Assembly: GCF_018977255.1 (NCBI RefSeq)
Contig: NW_024704742.1
Span: 81,408,001 to 81,472,000 of the forward strand
DNA: 64,000 nucleotides
Reading direction: 5' to 3'
From: Callorhinchus milii
Lineage: Eukaryota
Shown here: one piece after another, positions 52,201 through 60,785 of the stretch
Numbering within the stretch: the stretch's first letter is position 1
Layout: each line of letters starts with the position of its first letter
Translations under genes and position numbers: made by a program
Notes under the pieces: model-generated
Told to the model about the DNA's origin: nothing
Seen by the model: only the letters and a program-made list of their open reading frames with translations
The model's database searches: none

Positions 52201-54974
52201 CTCCATTATAAAGCTGGGAGGGCGCTGTATTGTCAGAGCTGTGTTCCTTCGAATAAAACATTAAACCGAGTCCCTGTCTGCCTGCTTAGGTGGACGTTAA
52301 AGATCCTGTGCCAATATTCGAGAAGTGAGTTTCTCCCGGTTTTCTAACCAAAAATCTCCCAAATAAAATTGGTCACTCACTCCATGGCTGTTTGGGGGAG
52401 CATTGCCCTGTACAAATTGGCTGCCATGTTCACCCCTAAATACACAGACAATACACTTTACAGTGAATCCTCCTGATATGAAGACACTATTATTACTATT
52501 ATTATTATTAGTTTATAAAGTTTCTGAGAAAAGCCAGCCCTACTATTTCACTGAAGAATGCATCTATTTATTTCCTTTTGTAAGTTGTATTTTGATATGG
52601 ACACTCACCTGAACATTCAGTCAGATCAGGTAATGTAGATTGGCTGCCACGTTTCGCCCACAAATATACAGTCAATTCACTTTACAATATATTCTGTGAA
52701 ATGCTTTGAGACGTCTAGAAGACGTGAAAAGCACTATATCAAATGCAAGGATTATTATTATTATTGACATATAAGCTGCTGCTGAGGTGCTAATCCTGAC
52801 CAGAGGTCCTTCTATTCTACGAATGAACCCTCACATTATTCAAAAGTCATCAGGTATTTCAAATCCCCCAAACTGCAATTAGTTTAAAAGAAAGGGACTG
52901 AAAGGCTAAACTAAAGATCCAATACTCAAAATGTGAATTAATTTAACATTGAAAGACTTATTTTTTTAGTGCTCACCTCGGCAACTGGGGTCTGAACCCG
53001 ACCACTGGCCATTGGATTGGCACAGGCGAATGCTACTTCCTGAGAGATCGAAGCCCACCTTGCATCGAATGCCACATGCAGCGTTGTACTGGTTGTTGCA
53101 GACATTCTGGATGAAGTAACCATTCTGAGGTGGCTGTAGCTCAGGACACTGGACCACTGCTCGTTCACACAATTAACATATTAATACATTAGATTCCCCG
53201 CCATTCTGCTGCACTTGTGAATAAAAATTTCAGGTTTGTAGAATTCGGCAAGATTTCCATTGCAATTTACAAGTACGCAAAATGCCTCTCAGGAATTGAT
53301 ACCTTTTTACTTACACTTTCGGTCATCTTTCATCTCCCCACCCTTTTTGGTTTCACCCCCGCCCCTCGACAAGCTCAGGTACACAGCAGACAATGTAAAG
53401 CGCTTTGAAACATCCTCCTAACATGAAACACACTATAGAAATGTAAATTGGATTGCACCGTATTCACAAGATGTTGCACTGACTCAGATGAAGATTGACT
53501 AATATTCCTTGAATAAACTCAGAAAGACTGTTCTCAGTCTCAAAAATGGGCTCATCTAAGTGGGAATCCAAGATGATGATGCCCCGGGCTATGAGCCAGG
53601 TTTGTTGTGATCAAATTGGCTGCTGATTTACCTACGGATACATAGTCACTACACTGTATAGCAAATCATGTGAAGTGCTTTGAGACATCAAAACACGATA
53701 AGGTGCTACATTAAATGCAAAGATTACTTAAAAAACATTTACGAAAACATTAATGACATTCCCCCAAACTCAAAAATCTTCAACATCATTGCCTTAAACA
53801 ACCCCCAAATATTTCAGGCAACATCTTTAAAATAGTAGGTTATACTCTCCATCTGTGACTGCAGGATGCAGATATTCTGTTGGTCACAATTTGAACCAAC
53901 GCTAATGTATATGGCAGCTGCATTCAATATTTTTTAAGCTCTTTACAAATTGGGAGTCAAAAAGGTTTCAAGCAGTTTCTTGGCCATCTCATGTAATGCT
54001 GCAAATTTTGCTCGGATCAATCTCTTAAATCCCTGTGCTGGGTGGAATTTCAAGGCAATTGCCAAACGTCTTTGGAAATTAATGGAAAAACACATCGCTC
54101 GGCTGAAGGAAGAGTTAAACTGATCTCTGTATTCTGCTCACAAAAATTAACAGGAGTAAAAGAATCAACGCTATGGCATCCTTATTGCTGCCTGGTGTAA
54201 TTCTAACTAACCAGTAACTCATTACTAACCAGCGTCATTATTACTGACCATAATTATTACTGACTAAACAGAATTTTTATTTTATCAGGATTAAATTGCC
54301 AACTTTGAATGTTGTTTAAATTCAACATTATACTATAAATTACAGTCAATTATATATTTTTTTCCCACAGCGATTTAGCTCTCTGTGCAACTCAGTTGGT
54401 ATTAGCCTGACCCACTCAGTGGCTCTCACCTCTGAGTCAGAAAGTTGTGGGGTCAAGCCCCATGTTGGGACTTTGAGCTCACAGTGCTAAGGAGCGCTGC
54501 ATTGTTGGAGGTACGGTGATTCGGATGAGACATCAAACTGAGATCTCATCTGCCTGTTCAGGTGGACTTTAAAGATCCCATTGAAACATTGGAAAAGAGG
54601 TTGTTGGCCAACAATTCCCCCAAATAAAATATGTTCATTCACTTCATGGCTAGGTGCTGGAAACTGTTGCTGTTCAACATTGTGCACACATTCACCTACA
54701 AAATACAGAATTACAACACTTTACAGTAAATCCTGTGAAGCGCTTTGAGACCTCTCCCAATGTGAAAGGCCCTGTACAAAATGTAAGGATTATTGTTATT
54801 ATTCTGATGACGTACCTTGACACAGCTGACCAAGAGCTCGGTACCCTTCCTTGCAGACACAGTCGGTAACAGAGGTGCTTCCCAGTGGTGACGTTTCATT
54901 TTCCCCAGGGCAAGGCAGACATGTGCTGATGCCTCCCGGTGTTGCTTCAGGCTTGTAAGTTCCAGATGGACAAG
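1036..54974 (-). CDS. SVEP1: SVEP1/polydom, partial multi-exon CDS (39 exons, approx. human exons 4-42; 5' and 3' ends outside window)
   Basis: Manually spliced exons with AG acceptors and GT donors (one GC) and matching phases give a 9204-nt open frame. Domain order Cys-rich, CCP x3, HYR x2, CCP, Cys-rich x3, EGF x6, pentraxin, CCP, EGF-Ca, CCP array is diagnostic. Peptides such as [14 protein letters not shown] and [17 protein letters not shown] match SVEP1 as recalled. Confidence 0.97.
1797..1860 (-). CDS. SVEP1: SVEP1 exon ~41 ([21 protein letters not shown])
   Basis: cag|GGA ... ACA A|gtaagt; 64 nt. Confidence 0.9.
2775..2930 (-). CDS. SVEP1: SVEP1 exon ~40 ([14 protein letters not shown]...GYELQ)
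   Basis: cag|CTG ... CAG|gtaat; 156 nt. Confidence 0.92.
3661..3843. mobile_element. Tc1/mariner-pogo type MITE with internal perfect hairpin
   Basis: Terminal inverted repeats caataaactcctaataact / agttattaggagtttacta; internal 19-bp perfect inverted repeat 3667-3685 / 3703-3721. Confidence 0.65.
3983..4180 (+). mobile_element. Interspersed SINE-like repeat, copy 1 of 4 (possibly AmnSINE2-related)
   Basis: Core ggatactcttaagcat at 4124-4139; homologous to ~16500-16628, ~18550-18735 and ~40957-41203. Confidence 0.6.
4380..4620 (-). mobile_element. Degenerate L2 ORF2 3' fragment
   Basis: ggagagatttgaatg...ggatcttgaatttc is the reverse of the FKIL...FKSLH motif region seen in the other L2 copies. 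Confidence 0.55.
5357..7058 (+). mobile_element. 5'-truncated CR1 LINE with RT domain (one premature stop)
   Basis: ORF 5373-6671 and in-frame continuation to 6971: [41 protein letters not shown]; tail atcctatg-attctatg at 7042-7057. Confidence 0.96.
7283..7511 (-). CDS. SVEP1: SVEP1 exon ~39 ([16 protein letters not shown]...NESTCQ)
   Basis: cag|C TGT ... CAG|gtaag; 229 nt. Confidence 0.92.
7981..8408. repeat. Compound (CA)/(GA)-rich microsatellite with an embedded L2 tail stub (~8170-8222)
   Basis: Directly visible; explains the spurious VC-rich ORFs. Confidence 0.9.
8625..10226 (+). mobile_element. 5'-truncated L2 LINE, frameshifted RT
   Basis: [53 protein letters not shown]; 3' stem-loop and (TTG)n tail. 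Confidence 0.95.
11114..11925. repeat. Local diverged duplication: 11136-11389 vs 11751-11925, first copy flanked by 22-bp direct repeats
   Basis: Shared ttgcctggagtcaaagaggcaatc and tctgtggaatgtgtaacagaaatcaagataagga; flanks gaggg[g/a]tgggaatcgtagttaa at 11114 and 11390. Confidence 0.85.
12212..15054 (-). CDS. SVEP1: SVEP1 giant exon ~38 (about 14 complete plus 2 partial CCP modules)
   Basis: cag|ATC AAG AAT ... TAC AG|gtagg; 2843 nt; within the 974-aa ORF. Confidence 0.96.
16897..17208 (-). mobile_element. Full-length tRNA(Ala-like)-headed SINE with L2-type tail
   Basis: Minus-strand head ggagtcctgtagctcagtggttagagcactcgctttgcaagcgagagacctgagttcaattcc (box A, TGC loop, box B); tail ...gcaaggattattatt. 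Confidence 0.88.
17707..18385 (-). CDS. SVEP1: SVEP1 exon ~37 (several CCP modules)
   Basis: cag|C TAT ... GTA CAA|gtaagt; 679 nt; within ORF 17692-18444. Confidence 0.94.
19075..19243 (+). mobile_element. SINE 3' portion
   Basis: Closely similar to 16897-17070 in opposite orientation; (ATT)n tail. Confidence 0.85.
19779..19946 (-). CDS. SVEP1: SVEP1 exon ~36 (CCP halves: [15 protein letters not shown]...CNE)
   Basis: aag|A TTA ... GAG GG|gtaag; 168 nt, phase 2-2. Confidence 0.88.
20330..20500 (+). mobile_element. CR1 3' end fragment
   Basis: ttaagaggaagttagataagcacatga...gggctgaattgcctgttt, as in the 3' UTR of the 5357-7058 copy. Confidence 0.6.
20622..20813 (-). CDS. SVEP1: SVEP1 exon ~35 (CCP halves: [15 protein letters not shown]...CNDGY)
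   Basis: cag|T TGT ... TAT CA|gtaagt; 192 nt. Confidence 0.92.
21478..21650 (-). mobile_element. SINE 3' portion
   Basis: aataatccttgcatttgatatagcgcttttcacgtc...gtcccacaaacagtcg. Confidence 0.85.
22413..22497 (-). CDS. SVEP1: SVEP1 exon ~34 (half [15 protein letters not shown]...VTF)
   Basis: aag|CT ... TTC AG|gtaca; 85 nt. Confidence 0.88.
22998..23174 (-). CDS. SVEP1: SVEP1 exon ~33 ([16 protein letters not shown]...)
   Basis: cag|AG ... CAA G|gtatg; 177 nt. Confidence 0.92.
23491..23610 (-). CDS. SVEP1: SVEP1 exon ~32 (Ca-[13 protein letters not shown]...GDGKNCS)
   Basis: cag|AT ... TCA G|gtagt; 120 nt. Confidence 0.92.
24067..24240 (-). CDS. SVEP1: SVEP1 exon ~31 ([15 protein letters not shown]...)
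   Basis: aag|GG ... CTT G|gtaagt; 174 nt. Confidence 0.92.
24639..24809 (-). CDS. SVEP1: SVEP1 exon ~30 ([12 protein letters not shown]...)
   Basis: cag|AT ... GAA A|gtaag; 171 nt. Confidence 0.92.
25003..25126 (-). CDS. SVEP1: SVEP1 exon ~29 (pentraxin end: [23 protein letters not shown]...)
   Basis: cag|ATC ... GCT G|gtaat; 124 nt; not in ORF track. Confidence 0.92.
25923..26047 (-). CDS. SVEP1: SVEP1 exon ~28 (pentraxin: [11 protein letters not shown]...WDYVLTPQQ)
   Basis: tag|AT ... CAG|gtgag; 125 nt. Confidence 0.93.
27130..27802 (+). mobile_element. Internally deleted L2 3' fragment
   Basis: [26 protein letters not shown]; tail gcgctatataaatgcgagttgttgttg. Confidence 0.85.
28196..28227. 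repeat. (TA)n microsatellite
   Basis: Directly visible. Confidence 0.85.
28527..28702 (-). CDS. SVEP1: SVEP1 exon ~27 (pentraxin: [15 protein letters not shown]...WHHISVTW)
   Basis: cag|T TGG ... GCA G|gtaat; 176 nt. Confidence 0.93.
29494..29695 (-). CDS. SVEP1: SVEP1 exon ~26 (pentraxin: [18 protein letters not shown]...)
   Basis: cag|AG ... AAT GG|gtaca; 202 nt. Confidence 0.92.
30525..30682 (-). CDS. SVEP1: SVEP1 exon ~25 ([22 protein letters not shown]...)
   Basis: tag|A TGT ... ACA G|gtaag; 158 nt. Confidence 0.92.
30893..31295 (+). mobile_element. Deu-domain (DeuSINE/SacSINE1-like) tRNA SINE, degenerate
   Basis: Head tggctcagtcagtagcactctcgcctctgaatcagaaggttgtaggctcaagcccc; core ggatgagaagttaaaacaaggtc; L2-type tail. 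Confidence 0.7.
31308..31456 (-). mobile_element. SINE 3' portion, tail-to-tail with the preceding SINE
   Basis: catttgatatagcgcc...cttcacagaatatactgtaaagtg...cccacaaacag. Confidence 0.8.
31570..31771 (-). CDS. SVEP1: SVEP1 exon ~24 (EGF repeats: [15 protein letters not shown]...)
   Basis: cag|GT ... TTC AG|gtaag; 202 nt. Confidence 0.92.
32015..32300 (-). mobile_element. CR1 3' end fragment
   Basis: catagaat tail followed by acagcactagaacagacaattcggccc (reverse CR1 3' UTR). Confidence 0.7.
32479..32592 (-). CDS. SVEP1: SVEP1 exon ~23 (Ca-[17 protein letters not shown]...)
   Basis: cag|GT ... ACA G|gtgag; 114 nt. Confidence 0.92.
33870..33983 (-). CDS. SVEP1: SVEP1 exon ~22 (Ca-[17 protein letters not shown]...)
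   Basis: tag|GT ... ATG G|gtagg; 114 nt. Confidence 0.92.
34188..34284 (-). CDS. SVEP1: SVEP1 exon ~21 ([19 protein letters not shown]...)
   Basis: aag|GAA ... ACA G|gtaagt; 97 nt. Confidence 0.9.
34610..35150 (-). mobile_element. CR1 3' fragment carrying a short piece (~34955-35045) of the CCHC-type LINE family
   Basis: ccacattttcacaatgctctacgtgaaaacgtacttcctgacctc; insert matches 40560-40620 in reverse. Confidence 0.6.
36266..36351 (-). CDS. SVEP1: SVEP1 exon ~20 (linker [11 protein letters not shown]...GRASQ)
   Basis: cag|GT ... CAG|gtagg; 86 nt, phase 1-0. Confidence 0.85.
36465..36626 (-). CDS. SVEP1: SVEP1 exon ~19 (Cys-rich: [25 protein letters not shown]...DCS), GC donor
   Basis: aag|TG ... 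TCT G|gcaagt; 162 nt, same length as the two preceding repeat exons. Confidence 0.88.
37417..37578 (-). CDS. SVEP1: SVEP1 exon ~18 (Cys-rich: [21 protein letters not shown]...)
   Basis: cag|CT ... GGA G|gtaca; 162 nt. Confidence 0.92.
38620..38781 (-). CDS. SVEP1: SVEP1 exon ~17 (ephrin-receptor-like Cys-rich: [12 protein letters not shown]...)
   Basis: cag|TA ... AAA G|gtgaa; 162 nt. Confidence 0.92.
39316..39549 (-). CDS. SVEP1: SVEP1 exon ~16 ([11 protein letters not shown]...[13 protein letters not shown])
   Basis: tag|CA ... TGT G|gtaag; 234 nt. Confidence 0.92.
39841..39868. repeat. (GA)n microsatellite
   Basis: Directly visible. Confidence 0.9.
40165..40860 (+). mobile_element. 3' end of a non-LTR retroelement with C-terminal CCHC zinc motif (RTEX/I-group-like)
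   Basis: [27 protein letters not shown] (CX2CX10HX4C, 40397-40456); homologous copy at ~62190-62465 on minus strand. Confidence 0.6.
41502..41726 (-). CDS. SVEP1: SVEP1 exon ~15 (variable linker: PVFWGDNYD...KIHLVFNIS)
   Basis: cag|GG ... AGT G|gtgagt; 225 nt. Confidence 0.88.
42045..42156 (-). CDS. SVEP1: SVEP1 exon ~14 ([13 protein letters not shown]...[15 protein letters not shown])
   Basis: tag|GTT ... ATA G|gtatg; 112 nt; not in ORF track. Confidence 0.92.
42754..42875 (-). CDS. SVEP1: SVEP1 exon ~13 ([12 protein letters not shown]...LAEM)
   Basis: cag|CG ... ATG|gtaag; 122 nt. Confidence 0.9.
43270..43615 (+). mobile_element. Deu-domain SINE, degenerate
   Basis: gcattgtcggagatgccgcctttc...taaagatcccatggtact core plus L2-type tail. 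Confidence 0.7.
43976..44167 (-). CDS. SVEP1: SVEP1 exon ~12 ([17 protein letters not shown]...WPDCS)
   Basis: cag|AC ... TCC A|gtaagt; 192 nt. Confidence 0.92.
44452..44583 (-). CDS. SVEP1: SVEP1 exon ~11 (HYR2: [15 protein letters not shown]...)
   Basis: tag|GT ... AGA G|gtacg; 132 nt. Confidence 0.9.
45130..47158 (+). mobile_element. 5'-truncated L2 LINE with frameshifts and stops
   Basis: [40 protein letters not shown]; (TTG)n tail; same family as 8625-10226. Confidence 0.95.
47565..47672 (-). CDS. SVEP1: SVEP1 exon ~10 (HYR2: [12 protein letters not shown]...[10 protein letters not shown])
   Basis: tag|AT ... TCA G|gtaat; 108 nt. Confidence 0.92.
48777..48906 (-). CDS. SVEP1: SVEP1 exon ~9 (HYR1 C-half: [18 protein letters not shown]...)
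   Basis: cag|GTG ... ATT G|gtgagt; 130 nt. Confidence 0.92.
49791..49909 (-). CDS. SVEP1: SVEP1 exon ~8 (HYR1 N-half: IDPPQIRCP...)
   Basis: tag|AC ... GAG|gtagg; 119 nt. Confidence 0.92.
50021..50300. mobile_element. Penelope-like element remnant with inverted pseudo-LTR arms
   Basis: Perfect 20-bp inverted repeat 50021-50040 / 50251-50270; actcagcaggtcaggcagcatct motif resembles chondrichthyan Penelope-derived repeats as recalled. Confidence 0.6.
50825..51019 (-). CDS. SVEP1: SVEP1 exon ~7 ([14 protein letters not shown]...)
   Basis: cag|AA ... AAA G|gtact; 195 nt. Confidence 0.9.
51669..51848 (-). CDS. SVEP1: SVEP1 exon ~6 ([15 protein letters not shown]...)
   Basis: cag|TC ... GTT G|gtaagt; 180 nt. 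Confidence 0.92.
52210..52510 (+). mobile_element. Deu-domain SINE, head missing
   Basis: ttaaaccgagtccctgtctgcctgcttaggtggacgttaaagatcc core. Confidence 0.72.
52630..52765 (+). mobile_element. Young SINE 3' portion
   Basis: Near-exact reverse complement of 21478-21600; (ATT)n tail. Confidence 0.85.
52977..53156 (-). CDS. SVEP1: SVEP1 exon ~5 ([17 protein letters not shown]...)
   Basis: cag|TG ... CGA G|gtgag; 180 nt. Confidence 0.92.
54390..54802 (+). mobile_element. Deu-domain tRNA SINE, near full length
   Basis: ctctcacctctgagtcagaaagttgtggggtcaagccc head; ggatgagacatcaaactgag...ggtggactttaaagatccca core; tail. Confidence 0.75.
54816..54974 (-). CDS. SVEP1: SVEP1 exon ~4 (Cys-rich: [21 protein letters not shown]...)
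   Basis: tag|CT ... CAA G|gtacg; 159 nt, phase 1-1. Confidence 0.92.
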
Positions 54975-55744
54975 CTAGAATAAAAAGTAATTAGATGAAT
55001 GTTAGTGAACTATAATTTGGACCTTCCTTATGTTTCACTTCTTCAAGGAAACCATAATCTTTTTCTTCCATCACATTCCCCCAAGGACCACACTGAAGAA
55101 AAATGCAAAGTTGGAATCAGTAATACCTTTTATGCTTCCTACAAATAAATCTAGTAAGTGACCTGTTGGAACATTATAAAGATTTCACTGCTAAGATCTA
55201 GGAGATATGTGATTGATGCGATTTCAACAACACATCCAAAAAGACTACAGCTGGGATGAGGAAGACCCTTTGATCCATTTGATCTCATCCCTCTGTAACA
55301 TCCACCCTACTGTGTTTCCATCGCAGTATCAAGTTGCTTTTTAAACAAGTCTAATGTGTTGGCCTCAACCACCCTTCTTGGCAACCTGTTCTTTGTCATT
55401 AATTACTCTCTAAGTAAATACATTCTTCATTGTATCTGCCCTGAAATTGCCCTTTACAAATCTAAACCTGTGTCCTCTTATTCTATTGTCTTGGAGCTCA
55501 GGGACTTACAAGTAGGTGCAATATGATCAGCACCACAATTAAGATATAATTTGTATCAAAAACTGAGATTCCTGACCAGTAACCCCTCTATCCATTCTTC
55601 TCAATATATTCTTAATGAAAACAACGAAAACAGGTTCACTGGGATTATTTGGGATGATTTCCAACTAGCTTCCTGGGCTGGAGAACATGGTCTCTAGGAG
55701 TTGAGCTGGCTCCAAGGTGAAGTGCTTGGCATTTCCCCATCTCT

Positions 55745-56040
55745 CTGATTGTTTCCTACCCAATCCTCTGCTCACCCCCTCCGTTTTGCTAACTTGGGAT
55801 TGCTGCATATCCCCTACCCTCTTTGTGCCATCGGTGACCATGTTTTAACATTCTACACCCCTAGCCTCTGGGATTCCCTCCCTCAAACTCTCAGTCTCGC
55901 CACTTCTCTGTTTTTAAGTTCTACCTTGAAAGCTAACTCTTCCCCCGTGCCCAAGGCCACCATCCCCTGTCATTGTAAAGCATCCAAAATGTTACCCAAA
56001 ATGAAGGGCGCTATATATAAATGCAAGTTGTTGTTGTTGT
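55745..56040 (+). mobile_element. Degenerate L2 3' end
   Basis: LRFANLGLLHIP...PSLWDSLP; tail gcgctatatataaatgcaagttgttgttg. Confidence 0.75.
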
Positions 56041-56989
56041 GAGGAAGCATGTGCTATACAGTGCGAGGAAGAACTCCATAATATCAAAACCAGTATGCAA
56101 TAACTCCACAGAATGAGTCAATCTCAGCATAAGAGTCATTTGCTATTGTAAAATGTACCGTGTTTAACACAATTGCAATATTTTCTAAATGGCCCTGTTC
56201 TAATTACATAATAAGATTACCCTGAGGTCCTCTGTTTGGGAGCACAGTGCCAAGTTAAACGAAATTAAGTGGAGGCCGGGTATCACTTTTCCCAACATTG
56301 ATGGTTCACAGCCACCCACACAGAAAGCACTTGGACTCACAATGATAGGAGGACCGGCCAACGTAAATTGAGGTAGTTGAATTTGGGATAAAGATTCTCA
56401 ATTTTTTCCAGCTGTGTCTGCAGAAGTACTCCAAGTGTTCACTCTAGTTACCTCCCCAGCCATTTCTCCAGGGGTAACCCCACTAAAACTTCTGAAGAAA
56501 ATTCTGTCAGAAATGTTTTATTTCTCTTGTTGGGAAAATACATTTGGCAGAATGGACAGAATGTGGCCGTTTGCCTTAAAATTCACACAAACCTGTGTTG
56601 GAATTTAAAACTCACATTGGGACTAGGTAAGTTTGGATTGTCTGAGAACCATAATAAAACCAGTAATATAAGTTGTTTTATTTCCCACCTCCTCTCTCAA
56701 ACACACACAAACACACAATACTTTACGTGTCACACAATTAGCTGCCACTGCTTATTTTATAACATGCATTGCAATACTGTGTAGCGTACGTTCTTTAAAC
56801 CATACAAATACATTCCTGTTCCTCCATTAGTTGTTTTGTTTAATACAAATTTTTAGCATAAGTTCTTTGTTGGCACAATATTTCTCAGTCTTACCCTTGA
56901 GACCTTTAGCTTGAAATTAAGATTGCGCAGAATATTTAAAATTCTTAAATTCAGTCTTTATGTGAAGACAGGTCATTTTAACTTGTCAG

Positions 56990-57775
56990 AACTTCGTAGG
57001 AGTACTGTGTTCAGTGTTGGACACTCAGTCTTAGGAAGAAGATTCTAGCCTGGGCGAATGCTGAAAAACAGTTGACTAGATTAATACCTGGGCTCAAGGA
57101 TCTGAGCTATCATGAGAGACTGGGTTCCCCGGGGAATACATTCCTTAGCGAAGAGGAGATTAAGGGGTTATTTGTTTGAGGAATTTAAAATAATGTAAGG
57201 AATCTACAAGTTAGATAGAGGATAACTCTTCCCTACGGTAGAGGGATCCATTACAAAGGGCAGAGTCTTAAAATCAGAGACAAATAGTTAGAACTGAGGT
57301 CAGGAAGCATGCCTTCACATAGAGCGTTGTGGTATATAAACCCAGAGGCTTTATGATGGAATCAATAGAGATATTTAAAGGAGAGACAGACAGTTAGTTG
57401 AGAAAGGGAGGTATTAAGGGCTCTGTTTTTTAAATCAAACCCAGGCTATTGAACTCAGTTTCTCTCTCTTCCGAGGTGAGTGCTTTAACCACTAAGCTGC
57501 AGGACTTCACATGTACAATGGGATTGAGAAAGTAAACCCAGAACAATGCTTTCAGATATGCAAAGGCAACAGAATAAAGAGCACAGGTTTAGGGTTGTAA
57601 AAGGCAATATCAAGAAGATACCAGGAAGTGTTTATTTTTCCAGAGAGTAATTAGACTGGATAGTTGAGGCCAGGATGTTGGATTGATTTAAGAAGCACCT
57701 TGATGTGATGATGGGGGGATGGGTACTTGATAGGATGAGATCAAATCGGACAAATGGCCTTTTTCATCTGAACTT
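56990..57775 (+). mobile_element. Two degenerate CR1 3' fragments separated by a minus-strand SINE tRNA-head stub (~57440-57507)
   Basis: gagtactgtgttcagt...gaggagattaagggg...gaggtcaggaagcatgccttcacatagagcgttgt. Confidence 0.7.
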
Positions 57776-59749
57776 CTTTTGTGAATAAAACAGTGTAATT
57801 TATGAGATTCACAAATTGATTAGTGAATGCAAGCACTCCAACTACCCAGAGGTGACTCACCAGGACTCCAATCGGATGCTGATCTCAACAGCTATTTTGT
57901 GAGGCTGGATTGAGGCCAAAGGAGGCTCTTGGCACCTAGCAACGGATGGACCGGGATTGACAGAAGATTGGCTTCCAAGTAGGCTTAAAAGATCCCATTT
58001 GGATCCAGTTCCAAAACAAAGCTTGTGTGAAATGTTATGCAGAGAAAGTCAATATAATCCTATTTGCAAAAAATTGACTATATAAATTAGAAAGTACTTT
58101 TCCACGTCAATTGTTCAGGCAAATTCTGGACATTGATCCACAGTGCCTTCTGTGATTTTAATTGTAGCTGACGCTCCTTAAATGATTTCACTTTAACTTT
58201 CACTAACGTTGATCACTGCATATTTCAAGGCAATTTTGACCACCTGGTTCTAATAAACACTTGCATTGAAGCCGTTCCTGTAAGACTCCTTGTACAATGT
58301 GCTTACAATTTTTGCAGAATATTTTGCTGCGATTATGTCAAGACCGTGTTAGGTTAACGGCACTTCCATATTCCCAATTTCAGTGATAGCAACACTGGCT
58401 TTTACTTCGATAGCAAGTAACAGCCAAGTGTTGGAAGCCAGGACACGTCCCCAGTGTCCAGTTCAGAGAGCTAACAACCAGGGAATTTGTCAAATCCACA
58501 GGTGTTCTACATTTAAAATTGTTTCCTGATTATTTATGCAGCTATTCATGCAGAATGAATTCCTGATTTTCTAGGCTTTCTTTTTGTTTTCTTACATGTG
58601 TTGCACAAAAAGCTTCAGTAGGACATGCAATCAGCTTGGCCAGAATCCATTACTATAGAGGGTTGGGCAGGAGGGTGTATGGAAGAACAGTCTGACTTTA
58701 AATACAATTATTGTTTCAGTTATACTTTCCATACACTTCATTCCTGTGGAGAAAATGTTTTTTACTAGTATTCTAGAATCAGGATATGTCGCACTAGAAC
58801 AACAACTTGCATTGATATAGTGCCCTTCACACAGAAGAGAGTCTCAGAGCGTTGCCTTGATTGCATGCCTGCGCACAAACCTCTCCACTACTGTCTGTGC
58901 AGGATACCGAATGTTCATCTGAGAATTCAAAACAGTATTCTTTTCTGACATGGAACATTTATACATTGAAAGAAAAGCTTGTAAGAACAAAACAGGTGTT
59001 GATACACCACAAGACGATTTGGCTAACTCAGTGGTGGCCAACTGTCACGGTCGGCCAACAAAATACATTTTCTTGATCGAATATATCTTGATTTATACCA
59101 TAAATTCAAAAATATTCAATCAAGAAAACACTGAAAACACTGTACTAATTGGACACGGACTTACCTAGACTCTTGCCAATTTTTGGGAGGCAACTTCTTG
59201 ATGGCCCCATGGGCCAGAACTGGCCCACTGGCCACAGGTTGGCCACAAATGGACTAACTTATTAGACAAGCCTACTGGCAGTGGCAATTACTGGGTTATT
59301 TTTCACGCCATTGAAGACATTCCACGATGGCCTTATCTGCAACACTATTTGCCTTCAATTACATAGTTTGCTAAATATAGAACAGACTTTCAACACCAGG
59401 TCAATCGTTTCCAGGCTCTGCTCCATGGCAAACCTGTAGAGGAAAGGAATATTCCACTAATGGCTCCAAAGGCACGAAGGTCCGCATGGACAGCATTCCT
59501 AAGTCATAAGAAAACAAAAACCAACCAAGATATCTGGAATGCTTTCAGTCTTGTTGTTTGTGCAATGTTCAGTCATCGGATCAAGAGACAACTAATCTGA
59601 AACCTTCAGATCATTTTAAGATGTGCATCCCTCAGAGTAATGCGAGCAGGAATACAGAAACAAGGTTTTCATAACAGGCATTTGTCAGACTGAAGGGACC
59701 AGCTGAGAATGCTGGAGAGCTAAGAAACAAACAGAGAAACTAGATATAA

Positions 59750-60785
59750 AACAACAACAATAACTTGCACTTATATAGCACCCTCCATGCAGGGTATTGT
59801 CTCAGAGCGCTTAACAGTGGCGGAGCCTGACTCCAAGCTGTGGGGAGAGGGAGGTGAAAAGGAAAGTTTTCAGGCAGATTTGAAAAGGGGGAGAGAGGTG
59901 GCAAAGCAGGGGAATTGAGTGTGAGTGTTCCAGAGATTCAGGGTGTAGTGGCTGAAAGCTCAACCTCCGAAAATGGGGAGGAGGTGCGAGGGATAAGCTG
60001 GAGGCCAGTGCCAGTCAAGCGGAGTTGCCGGTTGGTGGATTGAGGAGTGAGGAGGTCGGAGAGATAGGGAGTTGCCAGTGTGTGAAGGGATTTGAACACG
60101 AGTGTGAGGATCTTGAAGTCGATCCTGACCACAACTGATGAGATGTGGGTACGGAGTTTGGTCCGGGTAAGTATGTGGGTGGCAGAGTTCTGAATGAGCT
60201 GGATTTTTTGAATAGTGGAGCTGGGAAGACTGGCGAGGAGTGTGTTTGAATAATCCAGGCGGGAGGTGACATAAGCAGCAATGAGGCTTTCGGCTGCATT
60301 TGAGGTAAGGTACAATCAGAGGTGGGCAATGTGGTAGAGGTTAAAGAAGGCGGTCTGGGTCAAGGATTGGATGTGGGGAAGGAAGGACAGCTGGGGGTTG
60401 AACCGGACTTCTGGGTTGCGCACCATTTGGTGAGTGTGGGCGAGAGCCCAAGAAGGTTGAGGAGTTCAGATCCGCAGCAGTGAACCCATTGATGTGAGCC
60501 AAGGAGTATGGCTTCCAGCTTGTCTACATTCAGCTGCAGTAAGTTTGCACTGATCAAGGCCCTGACATCTGCCAGACAAGCTGATAGAACATTGGCGGAC
60601 CTGGAGTTAGTACTGGAGGAGGCAAAGTAGATTTGTATGTCATCCACATACATGTGGAATTTTACTCCATCGACAAGAGAGAGCATGCAGATGAGGAAAA
60701 GAAGAGGGCCATGGATGGAGCCCTGGGGTACCCTGCAGGTGACTGTGCGGGGTCGGAAGGAGAAATCATTTGCCAAGGTGAAGTG
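59750..60785 (-). mobile_element. Degenerate L2 3' portion (sense to SVEP1)
   Basis: VPQGSIHGPLLF, FHMYVDDIQIY, TSRLDYSNTLL, RIDFKIL; (TTG)n tail at left. Confidence 0.9.

Noticed and set aside
59195..59250. GGCC-rich stretch resembling a hAT MITE end
   Set aside because: No matching opposite terminus or target-site duplication identified
59368..59380. MEF2-like site ctaaatatag
   Set aside because: Single short AT-rich motif expected by chance without conservation data
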